This document shows, piece after piece, positions 29,626 to 38,652 of a stretch of 64,000 nucleotides of DNA. This DNA comes from a bacterium. GTDB taxonomy: Bacteria > Synergistota > GBS-1. Both the position numbers and the translations under genes were made by a program. Where the stretch lies: contig JASKLF010000005.1 in assembly GCA_030153785.1 (NCBI GenBank), forward strand, positions 32,001 through 96,000. The letters are read 5' to 3'. The stretch's first letter is position 1; every line of letters starts with the position of its first letter. Under the pieces are notes generated by a model that saw nothing but the letters and a program-made list of their open reading frames with translations, had not been told where the DNA came from and ran no database searches.

Positions 29626-30384
29626 TTATTCTCCTATGTAATCTCTTGCCCTTTTACAGGTCTCATAGAATAAGAGGGTGTCAACATTATAGGCTACATA
29701 GTTTAGCCCTAAGGAAAACCATTCTTTTACATCGTCAAGGTCTACAGAGAAGGTCCCCACATATACTCCTTTTTCCTTTGCCTTGTTGGCCATTTCCTTT
29801 AAGGCCTTTCTAACTAAGGGGTTGTGCACTTCCCCTGGGAGTCCTAAGGACACGGATAGGTCAAAGGGGCCGAGCATTACCGCGTCTATATAAGGCACGC
29901 TTATTATTTCGTCAAAGTTTTTAACTCCTTCTTTTCCTTCGACAAGAAGAATGACCGAGGTTTTATCGTTTGCGGTTCTTAAGTAATTGGGGTCTCCAGC
30001 TCCGTATTTGTTCGCCCTTACGCTTGGGCAGGCTCCTCTTATACCGATAGGTCCATATTTTGAGGCTTTAACTGCCTTTTCCGCATCCTCTTTAGAGGAT
30101 ATCCCGGGGATTATTACGGCTGAAGCTCCTATATCGAGGGCCTTAAGTATGGCTGTATTGGAGTTTTCCGGAACCCTCACTATTGGTGTTATTCCCGCTG
30201 CGTCTGCAGCTCTTACAAGGTTTAATGCTACCTCTATATCGAAGGGACCATGCTCCATGTCTATTATCACGAGGTCGAAGCCTGAGTAGCCTATTATTTC
30301 AACTATTTCTTCGCTTCTCGATTGAACGAACATCCCTAAAAGCCTTTTTCCCGATGCCTTTAGCTCCTTGAAGCTTTTAAACAT
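29626..30384 (-). CDS. HpcH/HpaI-family aldolase
   Basis: GFDLVIIDMEHG, IVRVP, KALDIGA, LGPFDLSVSLG. Confidence 0.88.
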   Translation of the reverse strand: MFKSFKELKASGKRLLGMFVQSRSEEIVEIIGYSGFDLVIIDMEHGPFDIEVALNLVRAADAAGITPIVRVPENSNTAILKALDIGASAVIIPGISSKEDAEKAVKASKYGPIGIRGACPSVRANKYGAGDPNYLRTANDKTSVILLVEGKEGVKNFDEIISVPYIDAVMLGPFDLSVSLGLPGEVHNPLVRKALKEMANKAKEKGVYVGTFSVDLDDVKEWFSLGLNYVAYNVDTLLFYETCKRARDYIGE

Positions 30385-30400
30385 ATTAGAAAAACCCCCT

Positions 30401-31246
30401 TTAATAGCCTCTCAGTTTTCTTAAGGTGGCCAAATTTATGGTGTCCCAGTTACCTTCTTTTGGTGTTTCCAAAATCATCGGTATCCCTTTAAAGTTCTCA
30501 TCGTTTAATATAAGAGAGAAGGCTTTTTCTCCTATAAATCCCTTGCCTATATGGGCATGTCGGTCAAGCTTGCTTCCCAGCGGGCTTGCGGAGTCGTTTA
30601 AGTGAAACGCGAATAAAAAGCTCACCCCAATTATTCTGTTGAAATATTTCATCGTGTTCCTGTAGCCATGTTCTGTTGATATATCATAACCTGAGGCAAA
30701 TATGTGGGCTGTATCGATACAAACTCCTAATCTGTCTTCTTTTCCTACAAGGCTCATTATTTCGGCTAAGTGGTCGAGCCTGTGTCCTATGTTGTTTCCT
30801 TGACCCGAGGTGGTTTCAAGAAGTATTCTTGTTGAGGTTCCGGAGGTATCCTCTAAGACTATTTTTAGGGCATCAGCAATTCTCCTTATCCCCCACCTTT
30901 CTCCCTTTCCCTTGTGAGACCCAGGGTGCATAACTAAGTATGGGATACCGAGCTCATCGCATCTTTTAACTTCCTCTATCAGGGCTGTTATAGATTTTTC
31001 ATAGTTCACCCTGTCTGGAGATGCTAAGTTTATCAAATAAGAGGTGTGAGCCACTATCTTCTTTATATTGCTTTTTTTCCATTCGCTGTAAAACATCTCC
31101 ACATCGAGGGCGGTGAGCTTTTTTCCGAACCATTGAAGCTGATTTTTGGTGAAAATCTGGATGGCTTCGCATTTAAGTGCCTCTCCTCGCTCTATTGCCT
31201 TCCATATTCCCCCCGATATGGACATGTGCGCGCCTATTAAGCTCAT
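30401..31246 (-). CDS. nfo: endonuclease IV (AP endonuclease)
   Basis: IGAHMSISGG, QIF, HTSYLINL, MHPGSH, LLETT.GQG, CIDTAH, HLNDS, DRHAHIG, ILETP. Confidence 0.95.
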   Translation of the reverse strand: MSLIGAHMSISGGIWKAIERGEALKCEAIQIFTKNQLQWFGKKLTALDVEMFYSEWKKSNIKKIVAHTSYLINLASPDRVNYEKSITALIEEVKRCDELGIPYLVMHPGSHKGKGERWGIRRIADALKIVLEDTSGTSTRILLETTSGQGNNIGHRLDHLAEIMSLVGKEDRLGVCIDTAHIFASGYDISTEHGYRNTMKYFNRIIGVSFLFAFHLNDSASPLGSKLDRHAHIGKGFIGEKAFSLILNDENFKGIPMILETPKEGNWDTINLATLRKLRGY

Positions 31247-31748
31247 CTATAACATCTTTCCTTTCCAAAAGCTTACTTAATATTCTTGCAGTTGCTCCCC
31301 AAATTCTATAACCCCTCCAATTGTAAACAGGATAGGATATCTCCCTTCCTCTTACTACCGTGCTTTCCATTTTTAGTGGCAAAGATAAAAGCTCGTCAAA
31401 AGGCAAAACTATGATTTCCTTCACCTCCTTCTCGTTCCTTTTTAAGTCTAAGTCGTTTTTTATCAATCCTACGAAGGGCTTGATTAGATAGCTACTTACA
31501 TAGGCCATTTCGTCCTGAAGCTCTGCGATTATTTCCACGGCATCCTTGTTTAACCCTATTTCCTCTTCTGCTTCCCTTAAGGCGGTTTCTAAAAGGTTCT
31601 CCTTTTCTTCCTGCCTTCCTCCCGGGAAGCATATCTGTCCCCCATGCTGGCTTAGGTTTTGATTCCTCAGCGTTAGTATCAGGTGTAACCTATTGTCTTT
31701 GATAATAAAAGGAATTAGAACTGCGGCTTTCTTGACTTCGCTTCTCAT
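31173..31748 (-). CDS. Nudix hydrolase, CoA pyrophosphatase (NudL-like)
   Basis: AAVLIP, HGGQICFPGG, ALREAEEEIGL Nudix box, IWGATA. Confidence 0.88.
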   Translation of the reverse strand: MRSEVKKAAVLIPFIIKDNRLHLILTLRNQNLSQHGGQICFPGGRQEEKENLLETALREAEEEIGLNKDAVEIIAELQDEMAYVSSYLIKPFVGLIKNDLDLKRNEKEVKEIIVLPFDELLSLPLKMESTVVRGREISYPVYNWRGYRIWGATARILSKLLERKDVIDELNRRAHVHIGGNMEGNRARRGT

Positions 31749-31782
31749 AACCTATATTATACTCCAAAAGGGGGTGAATATC

Positions 31783-32298
31783 TTGTCCTTGGGGTTAGTT
31801 CAAGTTTATACGGGTAACGGTAAGGGTAAAACCACGGCTGCCTTGGGGCTTGCTATGAGGGCTTTAGGTCACGGTTACAAGGCTATAGTAATTCAGTTCA
31901 TGAAAGGGTGGGAATATGGGGAGCTAAGGTCCGCTTCAAAGCTTGGCCTTGAAATTGTCAGGTTTGGAAGGGCTTCTTTTGTGGATAGGAATAATCCGGC
32001 TGAAGAGGATATCGAGGAGGCTAAAAGGGGGTTCAGATTTGCCTACGAGGTTTTAAAGGGTGGAGAATATGATTTAGTAATCCTTGATGAAATAAATGTG
32101 GCTGTAGATTATGGGCTTATTTCTCTGGATGAGGTTTTAAGCCTTATAGAGATAAAACCTCCTCATGTGGAGCTCGTTTTGACAGGAAGATATGCTCATT
32201 CTAAGATAATAGAGAAGGCCGATTTAGTTAGCGAGGTGATGGAAATCAAGCACCCCTATCGTAGGGGGATAGAAATGAGGAGGGGTATAGACTATTAA
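31783..32298 (+). CDS. cobO: cob(I)alamin adenosyltransferase (CobA/CobO/BtuR)
   Basis: VQVYTGNGKGKTTAALG, QFMKG, LVILDE, ELVLTGR, KHP...GIDY. TTG start 31783 after GGGGGTGA. Confidence 0.9.
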   Translation: MSLGLVQVYTGNGKGKTTAALGLAMRALGHGYKAIVIQFMKGWEYGELRSASKLGLEIVRFGRASFVDRNNPAEEDIEEAKRGFRFAYEVLKGGEYDLVILDEINVAVDYGLISLDEVLSLIEIKPPHVELVLTGRYAHSKIIEKADLVSEVMEIKHPYRRGIEMRRGIDY

Positions 32299-33430
32299 GG
32301 TAGTCGAGCTTGACAGGGATAAGGATATCCACGGTTGGTGGAAGTGGAAGTATAGGGCTTGCCCGGCGGAGAGGCTTCTCCTTAATCCTTACGCGGGCTG
32401 TAGTGTAGGTTGCTTTTTCTGTTACTCCCGAGCCTTACCGGGATATCATAAAGAGGCTTTCTTAAAGGGCCTCGTTTTTGTTTGGCTGAGGTTTCATGAG
32501 GGGCTGGTGAAAAAGTTAGATAATTTAAGCATTTCTCCTCCAGGCTATCTTTCTCCAACGAGCGACCCTTTTCAGCCTGTAAATCTCAAGTATGGGCTTG
32601 CTGAAAAGGTTATAAGGGTTTTCGTGGACAAGAACATTCCGATTTTGGTGGTTACGAAGAGGAGTGTAACGGAGGAGGCTTTATCTCTTCTGGAAAAGCA
32701 GAAGGATAGCGTCCTTGAGGTAAGCCTCCTGACCTTAGATGAAAGGTTAAGGCGCTTTCTTTCTCCCGGTGGGTCAAGCGTGAAGGAGCTTTTAAGCTCT
32801 TTGGAACGGGCATCGAGTAGAGGTATTCACACGGTTTTAAGGATGGATCCCTTGCTTCCCTTTTTAAACGATAGGGAAGAGGATATGTATCGTCTCCTTA
32901 AGGAGGCGAAAGAAAGAGGCGTTAAGCATGTAGTAGCCTCTTGTCTCGATATCCCTCTGCGGATAAAAAGGCTCGTTTTCTTATCTCTTTCCCGCTGGGA
33001 TAGTTCCCTTCCGTTTAAGTATGAGCGCCTTTATAAGGAGAGGATTTCTAATTCCCTTCAAGCTGATATAAGATATCGACGCGAGCTCTTTTCAAAGGTT
33101 AAGGATATGGTAAACTCTTTAAAGCTCAGCCTATCCCTTTGTATGGAGTTTACGGAAGATGGAAGGAATCTGAACGAGCTTTACTCTACATCGAGAAATT
33201 GCGAGGGAAAAACGATGCCTATCTCCCTTAAAAAAGGCAAAACCTTTTTACCTCTTCCTTGTTCCAATGAAGGCTCTTGTTTGACGTGCTTTAACCCCGA
33301 TTGTGGTGTAAGTGATTTGGCTATGAGGGGACGGGCCAGATATCTTTCATACGGGGATTTCAGGAGGATAAGAGTTGAAAGGTGGACATGTTCACTTTTT
33401 GGGTCATGCAACCCTATTGATAGAGGTTAA
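32294..33430 (+). CDS. radical SAM protein (spore photoproduct lyase/DNA-repair-like family); extends upstream of the tracked start
   Basis: Frame is open from 32291 and contains NPYAGCSVGCFFCY (CxxxCxxC) upstream of the tracked GTG 32507; also SDPFQP, VTK, LRMDP. Only plausible start is ATT 32294 behind SD GAGGAGGGGT. Confidence 0.75.
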   Translation: MKVVELDRDKDIHGWWKWKYRACPAERLLLNPYAGCSVGCFFCYSRALPGYHKEAFLKGLVFVWLRFHEGLVKKLDNLSISPPGYLSPTSDPFQPVNLKYGLAEKVIRVFVDKNIPILVVTKRSVTEEALSLLEKQKDSVLEVSLLTLDERLRRFLSPGGSSVKELLSSLERASSRGIHTVLRMDPLLPFLNDREEDMYRLLKEAKERGVKHVVASCLDIPLRIKRLVFLSLSRWDSSLPFKYERLYKERISNSLQADIRYRRELFSKVKDMVNSLKLSLSLCMEFTEDGRNLNELYSTSRNCEGKTMPISLKKGKTFLPLPCSNEGSCLTCFNPDCGVSDLAMRGRARYLSYGDFRRIRVERWTCSLFGSCNPIDRG

Positions 33431-34166
33431 TGGAGTTACTCTTTTGACTGATCCCATAAGTAGGGTTCTCCGGGGAAACGCCCAATTTAAAACTTTCCTT
33501 TCCGGGGCGAAAAAACGCCCTCCCTTGGATATAGTCCTTATATCTCACTCTCACAGAGACCACTTTGACCCAAAGGCCTTAAGGGATATAGAGGCAAGCT
33601 TTTTCATCCTTCCTGAGAGGTGTTTTCGTCTTTTCCCTAAGAAGAGGAATGCCCTCCTCGTTGAGATGAGGCCGTGGGAGGTTATAGAGATTAAGGGGCT
33701 TAAGATTCGTTCCCTTCCCGCTCTTCACCTAAGCTGGCTTCATCCCTACCCTCTCCTTACTCCTTCTTTAAGTTACTTGATCGAGTTTGATAATCTCGGT
33801 TTGTATTTTGCTGGTGATACGGGGTTTTGCAGAAGGTTGTTTAAAGGCATAGGACAAAGCTTTAAGATAGACATAGCCTTTCTACCCGTGGGGCCCGATG
33901 ATTTGCTTTTTAAGTGGTATCATCTTGGTGCGAAAGATGCGATAAGGGCATATAAGCTTCTTGGTGCAAAAGTCTTCATTCCCATTCACTGGGGGGTAGT
34001 TAAAGGAACAAGCGGAGACTCCCTTAAAACCGTTAGAAAGCTACTTGGCTTTTCCTTACCTTATTTAAGATTGCTTAATGTGGGTGATAAGGTCTCCTTA
34101 GGGGAGCTTTTAAATCGGGAGGGAGCGTTTGCTCCCCCCGATTTAAATTTCCTTAAGCAAGTTTAA
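33375..34166 (+). CDS. MBL-fold metallo-hydrolase (UlaG/NAPE-PLD-like)
   Basis: FLGHATLLIE, LTDP, ISHSHRDHFD, YFAGDT, IPIHWG. Confidence 0.85.
   Translation: MKGGHVHFLGHATLLIEVNGVTLLTDPISRVLRGNAQFKTFLSGAKKRPPLDIVLISHSHRDHFDPKALRDIEASFFILPERCFRLFPKKRNALLVEMRPWEVIEIKGLKIRSLPALHLSWLHPYPLLTPSLSYLIEFDNLGLYFAGDTGFCRRLFKGIGQSFKIDIAFLPVGPDDLLFKWYHLGAKDAIRAYKLLGAKVFIPIHWGVVKGTSGDSLKTVRKLLGFSLPYLRLLNVGDKVSLGELLNREGAFAPPDLNFLKQV
34109..34147. terminator. hairpin at the convergent MBL/flagellin junction
   Basis: TTTAAATCGGG(A)GGGAGC-gttt-GCTCCCCCCGATTTAAA. Confidence 0.5.
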
Positions 34167-34883
34167 AATTGCGGTTGAGTTTGTCCTTGCTTGGTTTAAT
34201 ACCACAAGGTTATTAAGTTCTTCCAGTATCTGATTTATGGTCAAGCTTGATACCTCTTCAGCCACATTGGCGTCTCTTATCAGGGATTCCGCTGCCGTTA
34301 AATTTACTGTTGCTACACCAAGCCTTCCTATTTCCGAGGCTAAGTTCTTTTCTTCCGCTCCAAAGGTTGCTCTTCGTGAGGAAATAATTTCCCTTGCGTT
34401 ATCCAAGGCTTTTAAAGCCGTTTCGTCTCCAAGTCTTACATCGGATAACCCCAGATTTTCTACGGTCATGTCGCTTATAACCGGCTGATCATTAAATGTG
34501 GTTTCTTGTGCGATTTTATTTAGCTCCTCTTTAAGCTGTGTGAATTCCTCTTCAATGGCTCTTCTATCTTCCTCCGTTAGAGTGGCGTTCGTGGCTTGAA
34601 CGGCAAGTTCTCGCATTCTATCTACTATCTCTCCCTGTGAACCAAGCGCCTGGTCTGCTACCTGAATTCTTGAGATTTTATCCTGAAGGTTTCTTATTCC
34701 TTGTATAGCTTCAACTATTTGAGATCTTAAGCTTTCCGAGATTGAAAGCCCTGCCGCATCATCCGCAGCGCGGTTTATTTTCTGCATCGTGCTTAATCGT
34801 TCTATGTTTTCAGCGAGCCTTTTCTGAATCTCCTCAAGGAGGGTTACCTTCCTTGGAAAAAGGGGTTCTGACCCTATCCTCAT
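34143..34883 (-). CDS. short flagellin-family protein
   Basis: ERLST.QKINRAADDAAGLSISE, RMRELAVQA.N.T, T.FN, RATFGA, AESLIRDANVAEE; almost no central variable region. Confidence 0.8.
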   Translation of the reverse strand: MRIGSEPLFPRKVTLLEEIQKRLAENIERLSTMQKINRAADDAAGLSISESLRSQIVEAIQGIRNLQDKISRIQVADQALGSQGEIVDRMRELAVQATNATLTEEDRRAIEEEFTQLKEELNKIAQETTFNDQPVISDMTVENLGLSDVRLGDETALKALDNAREIISSRRATFGAEEKNLASEIGRLGVATVNLTAAESLIRDANVAEEVSSLTINQILEELNNLVVLNQARTNSTAILNLLKEI

Positions 34884-35023
34884 AACCTTTCACCCCCTCC
34901 CTTCCTTGGGTGGCTATATACGCTCCTAAACAGATTATAATACTTTTTGTTGAAAATTGTAACCCCTAATTACCTTGAGGTATAATAATAGTAGAAAAAT
35001 ATTAGCAGAAGGAGGGAGATGTT

Positions 35024-36025
35024 ATGCGGCGGCTTTTCCTTGTTTTGGGTATAGCGATTCTTATTTTCAGCATGGCCTTTCCCGCTCTTGCGAAGACCCA
35101 GTGGATAGGTAATTCCGTTTGGCCTCCTAATAATCATCACAGCATAGGATTAAATGAGTTTGCCTCCAAGGTTAAGGAGAGGACCAAGGGGGAACTCGAG
35201 ATCAAGGTTCACGTGGGTGGTGCTCTTGGCTTTAAGGGGCCTGAGCTTTTAAGGGTTGTTCGTGACGGCTTGGTTCAGATTTCTGACATGCTCTGTAGCG
35301 GGGTTGCTGGCGATGAGCCGTTGTTTGCTATAACCACATTGCCATTCCTTGTGCGTGGTTTTAGTGAGGCACGCTTGCTTAACGAGATAGCAAGACCTTA
35401 TTATGACAAGGCTGTTGAGACCAAGTGGAACCAGAAAATAGTTTACATGGCGCCTTGGCCCCCTGCTGGTCTTTGGACGAAAAAGCCTGTGAAGAGCGTT
35501 GAGGATATGAAGGGCTTGAAGACGAGAACCTATGATAAAAACGGTGCCTTGGTAGTCAAGGCAGCTGGGGGAACTCCCTATCCGTTGCCCTTTAGCGAGG
35601 TTTACTCCGCATTGGCTACTGGCTTGATCGATTCTGTTATAACCTCTACCCCTACCGCCGTCGATGCCAAGTTCTGGGAGGTTTTGAAATACTTTGCGAG
35701 GATAAATATCACTCAGGCGGTTGATATGGTCAACGTTAACCTTAAGGCCTTTAATGCCTTGAGTCCCGATGTTCAGAAGGTAATTTTGGAGACCGGCAAG
35801 GAGATGGAGGACTACATGTGGGAGTGGGTTGAGAAGCTTGATAAGGAGATGGAGAAGAAGTGTAACGATAACGGTATAGAGTCTCTACCCGTTTCTGAAG
35901 AGTTTATGAACGAGCTTTCTCAGATAACGAGGGAGATAAGGAAGGAATGGCTTGAGAAAGAAGCTCCCCCAGAGGCCAAGGAGATTTATGCCAAGTTCTT
36001 GGAAAAGGTGGGGAGGAAGGATTAG
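35024..36025 (+). CDS. dctP: TRAP transporter substrate-binding protein (DctP), probably pyroglutamate-type
   Basis: Signal peptide, GLKTR, FSEVYSALATGLID, WPPAGL; co-located with pxp genes. Confidence 0.85.
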   Translation: MRRLFLVLGIAILIFSMAFPALAKTQWIGNSVWPPNNHHSIGLNEFASKVKERTKGELEIKVHVGGALGFKGPELLRVVRDGLVQISDMLCSGVAGDEPLFAITTLPFLVRGFSEARLLNEIARPYYDKAVETKWNQKIVYMAPWPPAGLWTKKPVKSVEDMKGLKTRTYDKNGALVVKAAGGTPYPLPFSEVYSALATGLIDSVITSTPTAVDAKFWEVLKYFARINITQAVDMVNVNLKAFNALSPDVQKVILETGKEMEDYMWEWVEKLDKEMEKKCNDNGIESLPVSEEFMNELSQITREIRKEWLEKEAPPEAKEIYAKFLEKVGRKD

Positions 36026-36046
36026 TTAATCATTGGGCTTTGCTTC

Positions 36047-36082
36047 TTAAGGGGCTCACCTTTAAGGAGGTGAGCCCCTTAA
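36047..36082 (+). other. intercistronic stem-loop after dctP (mRNA stabiliser or partial terminator)
   Basis: Perfect 15-bp stem TTAAGGGGCTCACCT/AGGTGAGCCCCTTAA, no U-tract. Confidence 0.6.
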
Positions 36083-36110
36083 ACCCATTTTGGGAGGAGG
36101 GTCTTTTAAG

Positions 36111-36605
36111 ATGAAGGGCTTAACTTCTTTTCTTGACAGGCTTTCTAACATAGGGGCATATCTTTCGGGAGCTATGATGATAGCTGGGTTATCTCTCGTT
36201 CTTATAGAGATATTGATAAGAGGCCTTTTTGTTAAGACGCTTTATATAACGGAGGAGTATACAGGTTATCTTATGGCTGGCGTTACATACTTTGCGTTGG
36301 GATACACCCTCAAGGAAGATGGTCATATAAGGATGACCTTTTTACTTCACGTTTTATCTTCCCGTAAGCGCGTTTTTCTTGAGATAACATGTCTCGCTAT
36401 AGGCTTTCTTTTCTCCGTAGTTCTCACATATCTTACATTTGGACTTTTCTGGGATTCCCTTATCACGGGGACTAAGGCGATGAGCATATCGGAAACCCCT
36501 CTTGCGATCCCCCATTCCTTGCTTCCCATTGGTTCTCTGATAATGAGCTTGCAATTTGTGTCTGAGCTGATCAAAAAGTTTATAGCCCTTAAAGATTTGA
36601 GCTAA
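36111..36605 (+). CDS. dctQ: TRAP small permease (DctQ)
   Basis: 4 TMs, EEYTGYL, GHIRM, TPLAIP. Confidence 0.85.
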   Translation: MKGLTSFLDRLSNIGAYLSGAMMIAGLSLVLIEILIRGLFVKTLYITEEYTGYLMAGVTYFALGYTLKEDGHIRMTFLLHVLSSRKRVFLEITCLAIGFLFSVVLTYLTFGLFWDSLITGTKAMSISETPLAIPHSLLPIGSLIMSLQFVSELIKKFIALKDLS

Positions 36606-36617
36606 GGAGGGTCTTTC

Positions 36618-37922
36618 ATGGATAGTTTGCTTGCGAGCTTTCTTCTGGTAGTTGGGATTCTTGGCGTTCTTCTTGTAGGGAGCATCTGGGTAGGAACTGC
36701 CTTGTTTTTAGTGGGAATAGCTGGGTTCCACTTCTTCTTGGATGTTCCTTGGGGAAACATCTTAGCCAATATTGCGTGGAACAGCACAAGCAGTTCCACG
36801 ATGTTCGCCTTGCCTCTTTTCGTATGGATGGGAGAAATACTTTTTAGAAGCAAGATTTCGGAAAATCTGTTTACCGGTTTAGCTCCATGGCTTGATAGCA
36901 TTCCGGGAAGACTGATACGTGTTAACGTCTTTGCAAGCGCCATATTTGCCGCCGTAAGTGGCTCTTCAGCGGCTACCACTGCTACCGTTGGCAAGATAAC
37001 CCTTCCCGAACTTTTTAAGAGAGGATACGATAGGGTTCTTGCCATAGGTTCTTTGGCAGGTTCAGGAACATTGGGTTTTATGATACCTCCCAGCATGATG
37101 ATGCTCGTTTATGGGATATTGGCCGATGTGAGCATCGGTAAGCTCTTTATAGCTGGGGTTATCCCTGGGATAATGATAGCCATTTTCTTCAGCGGTTATA
37201 TAATGATAAAGTCCCTTCTGGATCCCGATGTAGCCCCTAAAGTTAAGGAGAGCTATACATGGGGGGACAGAATAAAGGCGATCCCGAAGATAGCGCCTGC
37301 CATCATACTTGTCGTTATGGTTCTTGGAAGCATTTATACAGGATGGGCCACGCCAACCGAGGCAGCTGCCGTTGGCGTTGCAGGGTCTATTCTCTTCGCA
37401 TGGCTTATGAGAAGCCTTGACCTTAAGATATTCAAGGAAGCCCTCATCGGGGCGGTTAAAACAAGCTGTATGATAATGTGGATAGTATGTGGAGCTACCT
37501 TCTTTTCTGTTGCGGTAGGTTATCTTGGGATAACTCAGGGAATAGCTCAATATGTTGCTAGCCTCGGCCTTTCTAAATATACCCTAATAGCCATACTTTC
37601 AATAATGTATCTGATTTTAGGATGCTTGGTAGATGGATTTTCCATGATAGTTATGACCTTGCCGATGGTTCTTCCCTTAATAAAGCTCTCAGGCTTTGAC
37701 CCCTTATGGTTTGGTATATATCTGGTTATAATGATTCAGTTGGCTCAAATAACTCCGCCTGTGGGTTTTAATCTTTTTGTAATAAAGGGTCTTATAGGAG
37801 AGGAGCTTACCACCATAGCTAAGGCGGCCTTTCCCTTTTTCCTCTTGCTTCTTTTGGCTACCGCAATAATAACCGTGTTTCCAGGGATTGTGCTTTATCT
37901 TCCGAGCTTTATGGTCAAGTGA
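36618..37922 (+). CDS. dctM: TRAP large permease (DctM)
   Basis: ALPLFVWMG, AVSGSS.AT, LGFMIPPS, ATPTEAA, ITPPVGFNL. Confidence 0.92.
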   Translation: MDSLLASFLLVVGILGVLLVGSIWVGTALFLVGIAGFHFFLDVPWGNILANIAWNSTSSSTMFALPLFVWMGEILFRSKISENLFTGLAPWLDSIPGRLIRVNVFASAIFAAVSGSSAATTATVGKITLPELFKRGYDRVLAIGSLAGSGTLGFMIPPSMMMLVYGILADVSIGKLFIAGVIPGIMIAIFFSGYIMIKSLLDPDVAPKVKESYTWGDRIKAIPKIAPAIILVVMVLGSIYTGWATPTEAAAVGVAGSILFAWLMRSLDLKIFKEALIGAVKTSCMIMWIVCGATFFSVAVGYLGITQGIAQYVASLGLSKYTLIAILSIMYLILGCLVDGFSMIVMTLPMVLPLIKLSGFDPLWFGIYLVIMIQLAQITPPVGFNLFVIKGLIGEELTTIAKAAFPFFLLLLLATAIITVFPGIVLYLPSFMVK

Positions 37923-37932
37923 GGTGTCTATA

Positions 37933-38646
37933 GTGGTCTATCCTAAGTATATTCCCATGGGAGATAAGGCCTTTCTTGTAAGGTTTGGTGATGAGATTTC
38001 TGAAGAGCTTAACAAAAAGGTTAGAGCCTTGGCCTTGCTAATTGATAGAGAAAGATTAACGGGGGTTGAGGAGCTTGTCCCCACTTATAGGTCCTTAATG
38101 ATATGTTATAATCCTATTAAAATATCTCCGAAAGAGCTTGAAAAGGCTTTAAGGGAGCTTGTTGAGAGGATAGAGGACGTGGAACTTCCCGAACCGAGGG
38201 TTATAGAGGTTCCAACCGTTTATGGAGGAAAATATGGTCCAGACCTTGAGTTTGTGGCTCGCTATCACGGTTTAAAGCCTGAAGATGTCGTTGAGCTTCA
38301 TGCTAATAAGGAATATCTGGTTTATATGTTGGGCTTTACACCGGGCTTTACCTTTTTGGGGGGGCTTGACGAACGGCTTCACACGCCGAGGCTCTCTACA
38401 CCCCGTAAGAAAGTTCCTGCTGGCTCTGTCGGAATAGGAGGGAAGCAGACGGGCGTTTATGCCGTTAATTCTCCCGGTGGTTGGAGGTTGATAGGTAGAA
38501 CCTACCTTAAGATATATGACCCTAAGCGGAATCCTCCCATACTTGTCAAAGCGGGAGACTATATGAAGTTCATTCCTATCGGTGAGGATGAGTTTCTGGC
38601 TAATTGGAATGGCCCTCTCGACTTCGCGGAGCCCGTTGAGGAGTGA
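37933..38646 (+). CDS. pxpB: 5-oxoprolinase subunit B (KipI/allophanate hydrolase subunit 1)
   Basis: GDKAFLV.FG, ELVPTYRSL, YGPDL, LGFTPGF.FL, PR..VPAGSVGI, SPGGW.LIGRT. GTG start 37933. Confidence 0.9.
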   Translation: MVYPKYIPMGDKAFLVRFGDEISEELNKKVRALALLIDRERLTGVEELVPTYRSLMICYNPIKISPKELEKALRELVERIEDVELPEPRVIEVPTVYGGKYGPDLEFVARYHGLKPEDVVELHANKEYLVYMLGFTPGFTFLGGLDERLHTPRLSTPRKKVPAGSVGIGGKQTGVYAVNSPGGWRLIGRTYLKIYDPKRNPPILVKAGDYMKFIPIGEDEFLANWNGPLDFAEPVEE

Positions 38647-38652
38647 AAAGGA

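Noticed and set aside
29455..29813. Short ORFs in the AT-rich gap and ORF 29604..29813
   Set aside because: No recognisable motifs; the longer one is antisense to the aldolase.
31693..31782. Tracked N-terminal extension of cobO
   Set aside because: Overlaps the divergent Nudix gene; SD and motif position favour TTG 31783.
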